From contig CAJMEW010000001.1 of the NCBI GenBank assembly GCA_905212545.1, positions 21,345 through 85,344 of the forward strand: 64,000 nt of DNA, in the 5' to 3' direction. Origin of the DNA: an uncultured Collinsella sp. Lineage in GTDB: Bacteria; Actinomycetota; Coriobacteriia; Coriobacteriales; Coriobacteriaceae. Of this stretch, positions 47,958 to 58,512 are shown piece after piece (position 1 is the stretch's first letter; each line of letters opens with the position of its first letter). Below the pieces are notes generated by a model that was not told the origin of the DNA, ran no database searches, and worked only from the letters and a program-made list of their open reading frames with translations. The position numbers and the translations under genes are program-made.

Positions 47958-49013
47958 GTGGACGGGCCCGTGCAACATGACGGTTTTGGCCGCGATATCA
48001 ACTACCTGCGCATTGCCGTTACCGACAAGTGCAATTTCCGCTGCATTTACTGTATGCCGGCCGATGGCGTGGCGCCCCGCGCGCACGACGAGCTACTCAG
48101 TGCCGAGGAAATCGCTCGCTTTGTGCGCCTGGTGGCGGGGGAGGGCATTCGCCGCGTGCGCCTGACGGGTGGCGAGCCGTTGGTCAGCCGCCGTATTATT
48201 CCGCTTATTCGTGACATCCGCGCGATCCCGCAGATCGAGGACATCTCGCTTACCACCAACGGCGCCCTGCTGCCCAAGCTGGCGCCGCAGCTCAAAGATG
48301 CCGGGCTTAACCGCGTCAATATCTCGCTCGACACACTCGACCCTACGCTGTTTGGAAAGATCACGCGCCTGGGCCGGCTCGAACAGACCATGGCTGGCAT
48401 CGACGCGGCGCTGGCTTGGGGCTTTGAGCCCGTTAAGGTGAACTGCGTTGTTGTGCGCCGGCTCAACCAGGATGTGGCGGCCCTCGCACGGCTGACCGTC
48501 GACCGCCCCATCCACCTGCGCTTTATCGAATACATGCCCATCGGCGACGAACACACGAGCTCGCATTGCGCTGTGGACCCGCATGCGCCCGCGCTCAATC
48601 CCGAGCTGTGGGACGCGAGCGATACCGTGCCGAGCGACGAGCTGCGGGCGCGCATCAATGCCGGGGCCGCCGCGGCGGGACTGGGCGAGCTCGAGCCGCT
48701 CGACATCAACGACGCTCCTGCCGGCGCGGGCCCTGCGCGCTATTGGCACTTTCCGGGCGCGGCGGGAACGGTCGGCTTCATTAGCGCCATGTCCAATCAT
48801 TTTTGCGCGAGCTGCAACCGTCTGCGCCTGACGGCAGACGGCAACGTGCGTCCGTGCCTGTTCAGCGATGCCGAGTATTCGGTGCGTGAGGCGCTGCGCC
48901 GTGGTGATGATATGCAGGTACTTTCGATTTGGCGCGATGCCGTGGCCCACAAACCGCAGGAACACGCGATAATTGAGGGCACGCAACGATTTATGTCCCA
49001 AATCGGAGGATGA
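47958..49013 (+). CDS. moaA: GTP 3',8-cyclase (radical-SAM molybdenum cofactor biosynthesis protein A)
   Basis: CNFRCIYCMP radical-SAM motif and a C-terminal second-cluster cysteine triad. 351 aa. GTG start after GAGGGGAGGG. Confidence 0.9.
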   Translation: MDGPVQHDGFGRDINYLRIAVTDKCNFRCIYCMPADGVAPRAHDELLSAEEIARFVRLVAGEGIRRVRLTGGEPLVSRRIIPLIRDIRAIPQIEDISLTTNGALLPKLAPQLKDAGLNRVNISLDTLDPTLFGKITRLGRLEQTMAGIDAALAWGFEPVKVNCVVVRRLNQDVAALARLTVDRPIHLRFIEYMPIGDEHTSSHCAVDPHAPALNPELWDASDTVPSDELRARINAGAAAAGLGELEPLDINDAPAGAGPARYWHFPGAAGTVGFISAMSNHFCASCNRLRLTADGNVRPCLFSDAEYSVREALRRGDDMQVLSIWRDAVAHKPQEHAIIEGTQRFMSQIGG

Positions 49014-49017
49014 TCAT

Positions 49018-50316
49018 ATGGCCAAGAGCAGGTACGCCGATGCCACCAAGGCCGCTCGCGGGGCCGCGATGTCTGCCCATGCGGCCGCGGTGAATGCCGA
49101 CAACGCCGACGCGTCCGCGCAGCCGACTGCCAGTGCTGCCATCGAGCCCGCCCGTGACGCCCGTCGCGACGAGCTGACGCACGTGGACGCCAAGGGCGAG
49201 GTACGCATGGTCGACGTGTCCGACAAGGCCGAGACCCATCGCATTGCCATCGCCGAGGGCACCATCCTCATGCACCCCGAGACGCAGACCATGGTGCTGC
49301 AGGACCGCGCCAAAAAGGGCGATGTGCTTGCCTGCGCGCGCGTGGCGGGCATTATGGCCATCAAGCGCACGAGTGACATCATCCCCATGTGCCATCCGCT
49401 GCTCATTACCAAGAGCAAGTGCGACATTGCACCCATCGCTCCGGCGGGGACGCCGGCCGAGGACGTGCCCGAGGGCTGGGCACCGGCGCGTGCAGACGGG
49501 CAGGTTGGCTTTCACGTGCTGGTCACGGCCGGCGTGACGGGCAAGACAGGTATCGAGATGGAGGCCTTGACCGGCGCGAGTGCCGCGTGTCTGACCATCT
49601 ATGACATGTGCAAGGCGGTCGATCGCGGCATGGAGATCGTCGACGTGCGCCTGCTGCACAAGGAGGGCGGCCGCTCGGGCGTGTGGGATCGTGCAGAGCG
49701 TCAGGCCGCTGCTGTTGAGGCCGTGGGAGCCGCGGGCGACGCACCCGCGAGCGCACCCGTCGCCGTCGCGCCCGCAACTCCGGCACCGGCCGTCCCCGCG
49801 ATCGCGTTTATCGGCTACCAAAACTCGGGCAAGACAACGCTCGTCGAGAAGGTTATCGCCGAGCTCACCCGCCGCGGCCTGCGCGTGGGTTCGCTCAAGC
49901 ATCATGGGCATCACGGCTTTGATATCGATGTGCCCGCTAAGGACACCTGGCGCCATCACCAGGCCGGATCCAAGCACGTGGGCCTCATCTGCGCCACGCG
50001 CTGGGCGGAGTACGCCGACACGCGCGAGGAGGACGAGATGCCCGCGCGCGAGCTGCTGTCGCGCTACAACGATGTCGACGTGGTGATCATCGAGGGCTAC
50101 AAGACCGAGGGCTTCGACAACATCGTGGTCGCGCGCTCCGGTGTCGACCGTCTGCGCGGCAAGAGCTCGCTTGACCTAGTCGACGGTCGCACGCTGGCCC
50201 TTGCCTGCAACGAGGCCCTAGCGCGTCAGGCCTTCGATGCCGGCTTTGCGACCCGAGCCGTCAACATCAATGACGCTCGAGCCATCTGTGATCTTATCCA
50301 AGACCATCTGGCCTAA
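49018..50316 (+). CDS. moaC: MoaC (cyclic pyranopterin monophosphate synthase) fused to MobB (molybdopterin-guanine dinucleotide biosynthesis adapter)
   Basis: N-terminal MoaC motifs (THVDAKGEVRMVDVSDK, MCHPLLITKSK). C-terminal MobB P-loop (GYQNSGKTTLVEK). The two are joined by an Ala/Pro-rich linker. 432 aa. Confidence 0.8.
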   Translation: MAKSRYADATKAARGAAMSAHAAAVNADNADASAQPTASAAIEPARDARRDELTHVDAKGEVRMVDVSDKAETHRIAIAEGTILMHPETQTMVLQDRAKKGDVLACARVAGIMAIKRTSDIIPMCHPLLITKSKCDIAPIAPAGTPAEDVPEGWAPARADGQVGFHVLVTAGVTGKTGIEMEALTGASAACLTIYDMCKAVDRGMEIVDVRLLHKEGGRSGVWDRAERQAAAVEAVGAAGDAPASAPVAVAPATPAPAVPAIAFIGYQNSGKTTLVEKVIAELTRRGLRVGSLKHHGHHGFDIDVPAKDTWRHHQAGSKHVGLICATRWAEYADTREEDEMPARELLSRYNDVDVVIIEGYKTEGFDNIVVARSGVDRLRGKSSLDLVDGRTLALACNEALARQAFDAGFATRAVNINDARAICDLIQDHLA

Positions 50317-50353
50317 AACCTGCCAAAAAAGACAGGTTAATTTGGCAGGTTTT
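50315..50353. terminator. Hairpin AAAACCTGCCAAA-n13-TTTGGCAGGTTTT after moaC-mobB
   Basis: 13-bp perfect arms with A/T runs on both flanks. Confidence 0.55.
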
Positions 50354-50372
50354 ATCTGGGCAAACGTCACTT

Positions 50373-50410
50373 CCACCACAAAGGGGACAGGCACCTTTGT
50401 GGTGGTTTTT
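50373..50410 (+). terminator. Family-2 terminator hairpin CCACCACAAAGGGG-acaggc-ACCTTTGTGGTGG plus T5
   Basis: Same sequence family as 34397. Confidence 0.7.
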
Positions 50411-50579
50411 GCTTTGGTAGATGTGTGGGACATGCCTTACAATCTACCAAGTAGTTCATGACGGGCGAAAAACGGAGAGAAGGGGCTTGATGCGTCCTTA
50501 ATGTTTCATGCGGATAGATTGATTTGACAGACAGTGGCGAATGCCCACCGTCCGCATTCGTATGAAACAAGGAGTCTCC

Positions 50580-51866
50580 ATGCTCGCCTCTCTTTTCTCA
50601 AAGCCTCAATCATCGCTGTCCGCGCAGGCCAAGCGCCTGGTGGCGATGCGCTTTCTCATCTACACCGGCTTTCAGACCAGCTACTTTATCGGCGTTATCG
50701 GAACACTCACCTATGCGGACGGCGCTTCGGTCGTCGCGACATCGCTGGCCGTCCTCTTTATGAACGTCTTTGTGATCCTGGGGTCCTTTGCGGGCGGTGC
50801 GGCGCTCGACGCCTGGGGTCCGTGCCGGCATTTCCGGGCGAGTATCGTCGGCACGTTGGCAACCGGCGCGGCAATTCTCGCCTTTGGCAGCGCGACCGGA
50901 ACAGTCCTTGCCGGCGCGGTACTCCTGGGCTTTGTGATGGGATTCGCCCAGCCCATCGCCACGTCCTATCCGGCGTATCTCACCGACGACCCTGTCGAGC
51001 TCAAAGACATCAACTCCGCCATAACCATGTTCTCCAACGTGAGCATTATCGTCGGCCCCACACTGGGCGGCTTTGTCGCGGCGGCTGCATCGTCACGCGC
51101 GGTGTTCGTGCTCATGATGATCTTTACCGTACTGGCGCTCGTCGCCGGTTGGGGCTTTAGGCCGCAAGCAAGTCGCGTCGCCGCGCGCGAAAGTACTCCC
51201 GCGGATAGCAGCACAACGGCAAGTACTGCCAATCAAAGCCCCGACTCCAGTAAATCCACCCGCGCAACCTTCGCGACCAGCATCAAGACAGTCTTTACCA
51301 ACAGCGTCCTCGCCCTACTGTTCTGCATTATCTTTCTTTCGAACTTTGGCTATGGCGCCTTTGACCCGCTGGAGTCGTTCTTCTACCGCGATATTCTGCA
51401 TGTCGGTGTTGAGTGGATGGGCTGGCTCTCGTCGGCCTCGGGTGCGGGCGCGGTGTTGGGCGCCGTGGTCGCGCTCCGTTTGCCGCCGCACCTGGTCAAC
51501 CCTAAAACCCTGCTCGTGGCGCTTATGTCCGTGGGCCTGGGAAGTATGCTCTATGTGGGGACGCCGTACGTGGGCGTGGCCCTCGTCGGTCAGATCGCCT
51601 TGGGCATAGCCTGGGGTGTCGTCAACCCGCTCCACAACACCATTGTGCAGACGACGGCACCGCTCGAGCAGCTCGGCCGCGTTAACTCGGTCATGGGCTT
51701 CGGCAATATGTTCGCTGGCGTGGCCCCGCTGGCGATTGCCCCCTGGCTGGCGGCGACGTTTGGTGTGCAGCAGACGCTCGTCGGGGCGGGTATGGTCGTG
51801 ACGGCGGTTCCCGCGGCGTTGCTGCTGTTTGGCCGCCGGCATTTTGATCGTGCCGCGAGGCGGTAA
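50580..51866 (+). CDS. MFS transporter
   Basis: 428 aa, 12 TM. CAAGGAG RBS before ATG 50580. Confidence 0.75.
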   Translation: MLASLFSKPQSSLSAQAKRLVAMRFLIYTGFQTSYFIGVIGTLTYADGASVVATSLAVLFMNVFVILGSFAGGAALDAWGPCRHFRASIVGTLATGAAILAFGSATGTVLAGAVLLGFVMGFAQPIATSYPAYLTDDPVELKDINSAITMFSNVSIIVGPTLGGFVAAAASSRAVFVLMMIFTVLALVAGWGFRPQASRVAARESTPADSSTTASTANQSPDSSKSTRATFATSIKTVFTNSVLALLFCIIFLSNFGYGAFDPLESFFYRDILHVGVEWMGWLSSASGAGAVLGAVVALRLPPHLVNPKTLLVALMSVGLGSMLYVGTPYVGVALVGQIALGIAWGVVNPLHNTIVQTTAPLEQLGRVNSVMGFGNMFAGVAPLAIAPWLAATFGVQQTLVGAGMVVTAVPAALLLFGRRHFDRAARR

Positions 51867-51869
51867 AAA

Positions 51870-51928
51870 CCATCACAACATTCAGCGAAAATCGCGATTT
51901 TGCCGAAAAACGTCGAATGTTGTGATGG
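51870..51928. repeat. Family-3 palindromic repeat, copy 2
   Basis: CCATCACAACATTCagcGAAAATCGCGATTTTgccgaaaaacgTCGAATGTTGTGATGG. Confidence 0.8.
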
Positions 51929-51963
51929 TTTGCGCTCCGGACTAGGCCATCCTGCGAGTTCGG

Positions 51964-52000
51964 CCACCACAAAGGGGCCAGGCTCCTTTGTGGTGGTTTT
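51964..52000 (+). terminator. Family-2 terminator hairpin CCACCACAAAGGGG-ccaggc-TCCTTTGTGGTGG plus T4
   Basis: Same family. Follows Family-3 copy 2. Confidence 0.7.
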
Positions 52001-52089
52001 GCGCCAAAGCGCCCCGTGTGCGCTTTGGTATACCATGAACGCCACTTCCAGATACACCCCACACCGCCGCACAACCCAGAAAGGCCCCC

Positions 52090-52911
52090 ATGGACACCAC
52101 CTTCAGCCACGTCAAAGCCGTGTTCTGCGATATCGACGGCACGCTGCTCACGAGCCAGCACACGGTGTCCCCGCGCACCGTGGCGGCGATCCGCGCCCTG
52201 CGCGAGCGCGGCGTGCTCTTTGGCCTGTGCACCGGGCGCGACGCCCACGCGACCGAGGCCATGTACGAGCTCTGGGGCATCGAAGGCCTGGTAGACGTGA
52301 TGGTGGGCTGCGGTGGCGCCGAGGTCATCGACCGCGCGCACGACATCAACGAGCTGAGCTATCCGCTGCCGGGCGAGACCATCGCGCGCATCTGCAAGCA
52401 CATGGCGGACCTTCCGGCAACGCCCGTCTGCCCCCGAGACGGCGTGTTCTACGTGCCCGAGAGCAACGCGTGTGTCGAGCATCTGTCGCGCGTCGACGGC
52501 GTGCCCTACCAGGTGGTCGATTTTGCCGAGTTTTTGCGCGAGCCTCAACCCAAGGTGATGTTTACCATGGCGCCCGAGGTAATGCCGCAGGTCATCGAGC
52601 GGGCGTCGACGTTTGCCGATGACACCGTCAAGGCGGCGGCTCTGCAAACCACGCAGCGACTCTACGAGTTCATGGATCCGCGCGTGTCCAAGACGCGCGG
52701 CCTTGTGCGCGTGGCGGAGCTCAACGACATGGAGCTCCAGAACATCTGCGTGTTTGGCGATGCGGACAACGACACCTGCATGGTGGCCGACGCCGGCGTG
52801 GGTGTGGCCATGGCAAACGGAAGCGACGCCACCCGTGCCGCCGCCGATTTTGTAACCGCCAGCAACGACAAAGACGGCATCGCGATCTTTATCGAGGAGC
52901 ATCTGCTGTAG
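52090..52911 (+). CDS. HAD-superfamily hydrolase, Cof-type (HAD-IIB) sugar phosphatase
   Basis: Motif I FCDIDGTLL, motif II LCTGR, motif IV GDADNDTCM. 273 aa. Confidence 0.8.
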   Translation: MDTTFSHVKAVFCDIDGTLLTSQHTVSPRTVAAIRALRERGVLFGLCTGRDAHATEAMYELWGIEGLVDVMVGCGGAEVIDRAHDINELSYPLPGETIARICKHMADLPATPVCPRDGVFYVPESNACVEHLSRVDGVPYQVVDFAEFLREPQPKVMFTMAPEVMPQVIERASTFADDTVKAAALQTTQRLYEFMDPRVSKTRGLVRVAELNDMELQNICVFGDADNDTCMVADAGVGVAMANGSDATRAAADFVTASNDKDGIAIFIEEHLL

Positions 52912-52935
52912 CGCAGGGGGAGAACCGCCACAAAG

Positions 52936-52967
52936 GGGGCAGGCGCCTCTGCGGCGGCCTCAGGCGA
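52936..52967. repeat. Degenerate Family-2 hairpin (CCGCCACAAAGGGGG-caggcg-CCTCTGCGGCGG)
   Basis: Two stem mismatches and no T-tail. Confidence 0.5.
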
Positions 52968-53414
52968 TTTGGGCGAATTGATGCCTACAATCTGCGCGCA
53001 AATACAAATATGGTTGTCTGAACATTACGCTTCTAACCACCGATGAGTTAAAGATATTCTCATCAGTTTGGTAGGGTATTCCTCCCGGTAAATGACCTAC
53101 TGCTCACGGTCGATTTCGACCGTTCGCAGGATGTTTGCTCTTGAGCAAAATGTTGTGCAAATAAATTAAATGCTATTAAAAAACTAATAACTAACTTAAT
53201 TACCAGTAGAAACAGATATTTTATAGCGAATAAACGAAAGTAAATCTGAGTAAATGTCAAGAGAATTGAGAATTCGCTAAAAACTATCGGTATTTTTGCT
53301 TAGATGTTCAAACAATCGTTACAATATGTACTACAAGCGTGCGCAATTACAGATTGCGCAGATACGTTTGATAGTGAAAGAGCAAGATCGCGGTCTCTTG
53401 GGGAGGAGACATCG

Positions 53415-56400
53415 ATGAAAGCGAATTCAGAAAAAACTAAGCAGAGTAAAAAAGCGAGGCGCCGTGTACTGGCAGGCGTTTTGTGCGGAGCCTCCGTGTT
53501 GAGCCTGGTACTGTCGCTCGTCATGCCTCCGATCTCGCAGGCCATTGCCAACGATGTCCAGACCGAAGAAACTGTGACGGGTGATTCCTCAACTAAGTCT
53601 ACTGATGTAGACAACACCAACAACGGGGATACCAAAAAGCTGAATAGTGACGATGCCGGGAATGGCGCGGGCGAAGACGCCGCTGCCGCAGGCCTGCCGT
53701 CCGACGACACGGAGGCCGAGGGCGACACGCAGCCTTCCGACGTACAGCCTGCGGATGATGAAAATAACGATGAAAACGCTCCCGCCACCGTCAGTGCCGA
53801 TGACTATACCGAGGTAAGCGGCGATGTTTCTGAGGCATTTACCATTGGCGGCAAGTTCCGACTGACGGATTATGCCTATTCGGATAAGCGGATCACTATC
53901 AACAAAGATACCACCATCGATCTTAACGGCAACATGCTCTGTAACCATTCTGGCGGCTTAGACTCCTTCTTTGTGGTCGAAAACAAAGCCACGCTCACTA
54001 TCGAGGATTTAAGCAAAAAAACAAATGATGTACCAAGACCGGTCGATACGGCCAAGACGCCGGCGGGTCAGCTTGCGAGTATGGAGTGGGAAAGGGGAAG
54101 CGACTCTAATAAAGGCACTCCTAAGAGTCTTACTTACTATGAGACTAAGAGCACGCCCAGTACAACAGATGGACTTGGCACCACCGAGACTACGTACGAG
54201 CATGTTGTTACGGGTTTCGGCGCTATCGATGCGGCGTCGGACAGCGGTTCCGTAAAGTATGTGGTCAACGTTGAAGCGGGCAGCACACTCAATCTCGAGG
54301 GCGGCATGATTACCACGGCTGCCAATCTGAGCCCCGGCGGCCATGTGATTTATTCCGAGGGTACGGTCAAAATCGCGGGCGGTTACGTCACCAACGGCAA
54401 CGGCGGTGGCTGGGGCGGTGGCCTGTGCATAGGGGGCACGAATCCCAAACTCGAAATGACGGGCGGTGTGGTCGCGGGAAACAAGGCGGCTGCTGGCGGC
54501 GGCGTCTTTGCTGACTTTGGAGCCACCCTGAATCTTGCAGGCGGAATTATCACTGGCAACGCTACGTATGGAAATACCATCAACAATGGTGACGACACCA
54601 ACGCCGGTGGCTACGGTGGCGGTGTTTATACCAAGCGCGCAAACGTTACCATTAGCGGCTCTGCCTGTATAACAAACAACCGAGTCAACGATTGCGTCAC
54701 TGATAACCTTTACAACAATGGCGTGCTCAGTGGCGGCGGCATTGCATGCACACACGACGGCACACTAACTATGACGGGTGGCTCCGTTACTGCCAATTAT
54801 TCCCATGAGGCCGGCGGCGGAATCTACGCTGGCTTTTGGAACCAGGCGATTAAGTTTAAAATGACGGGCGGCATTATTGCAGGCAATATGTCCGAAAACG
54901 CCGAGGGCGGTGGTCTCCGTATTTCCACCGGTACTACCGGCGATATTGGGACTGAGCCGGGCAAGCCCAACAAGGTTTACATCACCAACAACAAGACCAT
55001 GACGGGCAGCACTAACGGTCGCGGGGGCGACTGGGGCGGCGGCGGCATCTTTATCCAGCAGGGCGGCAAGCTCAATATCGTACAGACGTTGATTACCAAC
55101 AATGAGGCCGGCGGCTGGGGTGGCGGCGTTGGTGCTTGCCCTACGGGCGAGACGATTGTCTCTCACTCAAATGGTGCTGCAATCTACAACAATGCGGATC
55201 ACGGTGAGCACTTCTCTGCCGGTGGTCATGATAAGGATTTGGACAAAAATACTAATTACATTACTTCAACCTTCAAAGAAGAGGGTCATAAGGATTTCTT
55301 CTTGGTACGCAAGGACGACAGCCAAAATACGGTTGCGGTCGTTCTTGGCAAGATGCTCGGCGGTGGCTCGGCTGGCTGGAAGGGCACATGCGATCGTGAG
55401 AAGATAACCATCGATGCCAACGGCGGTGCCGAGGCTAAGTACATGTTTGGTCTTGAGGCTCATCCGACCAATGATGCCAAGACCGCTGCCCAAAACGCTG
55501 CGACCACTGTCATCAGTGGCAACTACTCATACACCCACGGCGGCGGCATCATGACCAACGGCGATCTTGTCGTTGGCAAGGTCGAGGCTTTGAACGCGTA
55601 TCCTGCAATCAAAGTCAAGGCAAATAAAGTCCTTATGAAGGACGGTGCTAAGCGGAGTCTCAAAGAACATCCCTATCAGTTTAAGCTGTTGGGCGCACCT
55701 GCCAATTCAAAGAAGGCACCATGCTGGAATGAGAACGGCACGCTTAACGAAAACGGATGCGAGGCTATGCCCGCGGTTACCGTCGATGAAAACGGAGACA
55801 TTCTCATTGATACGGGCGCGAACTACCAGTCGGGCAATTACGACCTCTACCTTGTTGAAGTTCCCCCTGACCCTGATAAAGTTCCTGTCAACGAAAAAGG
55901 AACAAAGTTTGATAAGTCTATTTACAAAATACATGTAGAGGTTAGCGATCAGCCAGTTGAAACAACGAATTTCTTGGGAATTGAGATTAAACGTTTTTCG
56001 GTCAATACAAGCGCTTCCATAGTCACCGTCAAAAGGAAAAACGAAAAGTCTTTCACTGATCCCGGTGCAGGCTTCTATAGCTGGAGTGAAGATCCGAAAG
56101 ATAAAACCATCTCGACCGTAAGAATCGGCAATGAATCCAAACCTGCGTTTAAGAACGAACTTGCGCCCTACCAGGCTTCAGGCACTTGGACACCTCAGGT
56201 GACCAAGAAGGTCGATGGCGGCGAGATGAAGAAGTTCAAGTTCGAGCTGTACACCAAGGATGCCAGTGGCAATGAGAAGGTGCTCAATACCCAATGCACT
56301 AGTAAGGGGACGGGCAATGAGGCAACGGTGACGTTTGCTGAGCAGACAATTGGCCCACTTGGCGTCAAAGATCTCACTGAAGGCAAAGCAACAGTCACCT

Positions 56401-56744
56401 ACTATATCCGTGAATGTGCCGCCAAAGAGAACGAAGGCACCGAGCACGAAGGCTACAAGAACGACACCAAGAGGTTCAAGGTCGTGGTAACGGCAACGGA
56501 CAACGGTGACGGCACGCTGAAATGCACGCCGGTCTACTACGAGGTCGACGCCAACGATAATGTGAGCGCGAATTCAACCCCTAACCCCACCTTCACCAAC
56601 ACCTACTCCACCTCTTTGCCCCTTTCTGGTATGTCGGGCGTCACTCTGACGTACCTTGCCGGCGCGGCGGTGCTTTGCGCTGCTGCAGCCTGGATGCACA
56701 TTCGTCGCAAGGCGAATGCGAAGGGAGGTAAGCGTCGTGAATAA
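53415..56744 (+). CDS. Cell-wall-anchored surface adhesin: signal peptide, acidic linker, right-handed beta-helix with Pmp-type GGA[ILV]/FxxN repeats, C-terminal pilin-like isopeptide (CnaB-type) domains, LPLSG sorting signal
   Basis: SP MKANSEKTKQSKKARRRVLAGVLCGASVLSLVLSL. More than 10 GG[GA][IVL] repeat units. E-box-like YYIRECAAKENEGTEHEGY. Ends LPLSG followed by a hydrophobic stretch and RRKANAKGGKRRE. Confidence 0.75.
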   Translation: MKANSEKTKQSKKARRRVLAGVLCGASVLSLVLSLVMPPISQAIANDVQTEETVTGDSSTKSTDVDNTNNGDTKKLNSDDAGNGAGEDAAAAGLPSDDTEAEGDTQPSDVQPADDENNDENAPATVSADDYTEVSGDVSEAFTIGGKFRLTDYAYSDKRITINKDTTIDLNGNMLCNHSGGLDSFFVVENKATLTIEDLSKKTNDVPRPVDTAKTPAGQLASMEWERGSDSNKGTPKSLTYYETKSTPSTTDGLGTTETTYEHVVTGFGAIDAASDSGSVKYVVNVEAGSTLNLEGGMITTAANLSPGGHVIYSEGTVKIAGGYVTNGNGGGWGGGLCIGGTNPKLEMTGGVVAGNKAAAGGGVFADFGATLNLAGGIITGNATYGNTINNGDDTNAGGYGGGVYTKRANVTISGSACITNNRVNDCVTDNLYNNGVLSGGGIACTHDGTLTMTGGSVTANYSHEAGGGIYAGFWNQAIKFKMTGGIIAGNMSENAEGGGLRISTGTTGDIGTEPGKPNKVYITNNKTMTGSTNGRGGDWGGGGIFIQQGGKLNIVQTLITNNEAGGWGGGVGACPTGETIVSHSNGAAIYNNADHGEHFSAGGHDKDLDKNTNYITSTFKEEGHKDFFLVRKDDSQNTVAVVLGKMLGGGSAGWKGTCDREKITIDANGGAEAKYMFGLEAHPTNDAKTAAQNAATTVISGNYSYTHGGGIMTNGDLVVGKVEALNAYPAIKVKANKVLMKDGAKRSLKEHPYQFKLLGAPANSKKAPCWNENGTLNENGCEAMPAVTVDENGDILIDTGANYQSGNYDLYLVEVPPDPDKVPVNEKGTKFDKSIYKIHVEVSDQPVETTNFLGIEIKRFSVNTSASIVTVKRKNEKSFTDPGAGFYSWSEDPKDKTISTVRIGNESKPAFKNELAPYQASGTWTPQVTKKVDGGEMKKFKFELYTKDASGNEKVLNTQCTSKGTGNEATVTFAEQTIGPLGVKDLTEGKATVTYYIRECAAKENEGTEHEGYKNDTKRFKVVVTATDNGDGTLKCTPVYYEVDANDNVSANSTPNPTFTNTYSTSLPLSGMSGVTLTYLAGAAVLCAAAAWMHIRRKANAKGGKRRE

Positions 56745-58404
56745 GAAAGTTTGCTCCTTCCCGATCTTGTTTGCGCTGCTTGCCCTCCTGATCGGCACCT
56801 GCGCGGTTGTGTTCCCCGCTTCCGCGCAGGCCGCGCCGACCTCGACCGGTTCCATCACGGTGAGCGGCACCGTGGCGAGCAGCTACGACGCCTACCAGAT
56901 CTTTAGCGCCAACGTCGTCGACGGCGGCAACGACGCCAAGATCGCCACCGACCTCACCTGGGCAAGCGACGCCGCGCGCGACGCCGCACTGCCTGTGCTG
57001 TACAGCGCCGGCATGCCCAATTCCCAGACCACCGCGCAGGAAGCTGCCGAGTGGCTCAACACCGATTCCCACCTTACGAGCGCGCTGAGCGCACAGCTCG
57101 CACGTTCCCTCCAGAGCTCTGGCCCCGTGTCCATGGCCCTTAACGCGGGCAGGGCGGCCGAGCTGTCCTGTGGCTACTGGCTCATCGTCGCCGACGACGC
57201 CATCGCCCAAGGCGAGGCCGGCACCGCGCCAATCATGGCCCTGGTGGGCGGCAGTGCCGTCACCGTCAAGCCCAAGGCCGCGACGCCCAAGGTCCAAAAG
57301 CATGTGCTGGAGGACAGCACCGCCGCATGGCAGAAGGCCGCCGACGCCACGGTCGCCGACGACCTGTACTGGCGCCTCTCTGCCACGGTCCCGGCGGGTC
57401 TTACCGCCTACGACACCTATACGGTACGGTTCGTCGACACCATGAGCGCGGGGCTCGACCCCTCCAAGGTGGCCGCGAGCATGCGCGTGTACGTGGCGGC
57501 GGGCGCGGACGGCGGCTTCGACGCCGTCTCGGCCGGCAGGGACGGCCGCGCCGGCACCGAGCCCGCGAAGGGCTGGACCGACATCACGGCCCAGTGCGCC
57601 ACCAAGGTAGCGGCCGACGGCAAGACCTTCACCGTGCGCACCGGCGACCTCATCGCCGCGCTCGGCGGGGCCGACGCCTTTACCGCGGGCGCCCGCGTGG
57701 TCGCCGTGTACAATGCGCCGCTCACCAGCGCATGCAACCACGGCATCGCGAAGGGCAACCCCAACGAGGTCTACCTGCGCTACCCGCGCTCTCCCTTTGC
57801 CGACCAGTCCGGCGACGCCGGCTTCACCCGCACGCCGAGCGACGATGCGTGCGCCTACACCTGGGATCTCGCGCTCACCAAGCGCGGCAGCGACGGCGAC
57901 AAGCCGCTTGCCGGGGCGGTCCTGAGCATCGCCGACGACCGCGGTCGCACGCTGGCGGCCGACGGCACGTGGGATGCGGAGGGCAAGGCCACCGTCACCA
58001 CGGGCGAGGACGGCCGCGTGACCGTCTCGGGCGTGGACTCGGGCAAGCTGGAGGTCCGCGAGCTCAAGGCGCCCAAGGGCTACACCGCCTTTGAGGGTAC
58101 GCGCTCCGTGACGGTCAAGGCCGAGGGTCTGGACGTCGACCAGGTGGCCGCCGCCAAGCCCAAACTCACCATCACGGCCGAGTCGCCCCTGCGCGCCGAC
58201 AGCGCGGACGGGTCGACGGGCAGCCTGGAGGCGTCGCTCATCAACACGCCCACCGGCACACCCCCTAGCATTACCACCGGAGGCTTTATGCCCTCGACTG
58301 GCGATATGGCAATGTACGCCGCGGCCGCCGCAGCGGTCGCCGGAGCCGCGCTCATCGTGGTCGCGCTCCTGGTCAAGCGGGGAGGTGGCAGCCATAAAGA
58401 GTAG
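56737..58404 (+). CDS. Sortase-assembled pilin subunit (paralogue A, GC-rich), non-canonical sorting motif MPSTG
   Basis: GTG start overlapping the adhesin stop. SP plus AQA cleavage region. E-box-like LEVRELKAPKGY. C-terminal FMPSTG, hydrophobic stretch, then KRGGGSHKE. N-terminus homologous to the next gene. Confidence 0.7.
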   Translation: MNKKVCSFPILFALLALLIGTCAVVFPASAQAAPTSTGSITVSGTVASSYDAYQIFSANVVDGGNDAKIATDLTWASDAARDAALPVLYSAGMPNSQTTAQEAAEWLNTDSHLTSALSAQLARSLQSSGPVSMALNAGRAAELSCGYWLIVADDAIAQGEAGTAPIMALVGGSAVTVKPKAATPKVQKHVLEDSTAAWQKAADATVADDLYWRLSATVPAGLTAYDTYTVRFVDTMSAGLDPSKVAASMRVYVAAGADGGFDAVSAGRDGRAGTEPAKGWTDITAQCATKVAADGKTFTVRTGDLIAALGGADAFTAGARVVAVYNAPLTSACNHGIAKGNPNEVYLRYPRSPFADQSGDAGFTRTPSDDACAYTWDLALTKRGSDGDKPLAGAVLSIADDRGRTLAADGTWDAEGKATVTTGEDGRVTVSGVDSGKLEVRELKAPKGYTAFEGTRSVTVKAEGLDVDQVAAAKPKLTITAESPLRADSADGSTGSLEASLINTPTGTPPSITTGGFMPSTGDMAMYAAAAAAVAGAALIVVALLVKRGGGSHKE

Positions 58405-58512
58405 CTGGCAGCCCCACAGAGAGCGGGGCGAGACGTAGCGAAGTAGATGCTAAGACACAGACAGATGATGATCGATCGAATGAGAACCAACCGGAAAACG
58501 GAGGAAAAGAAG

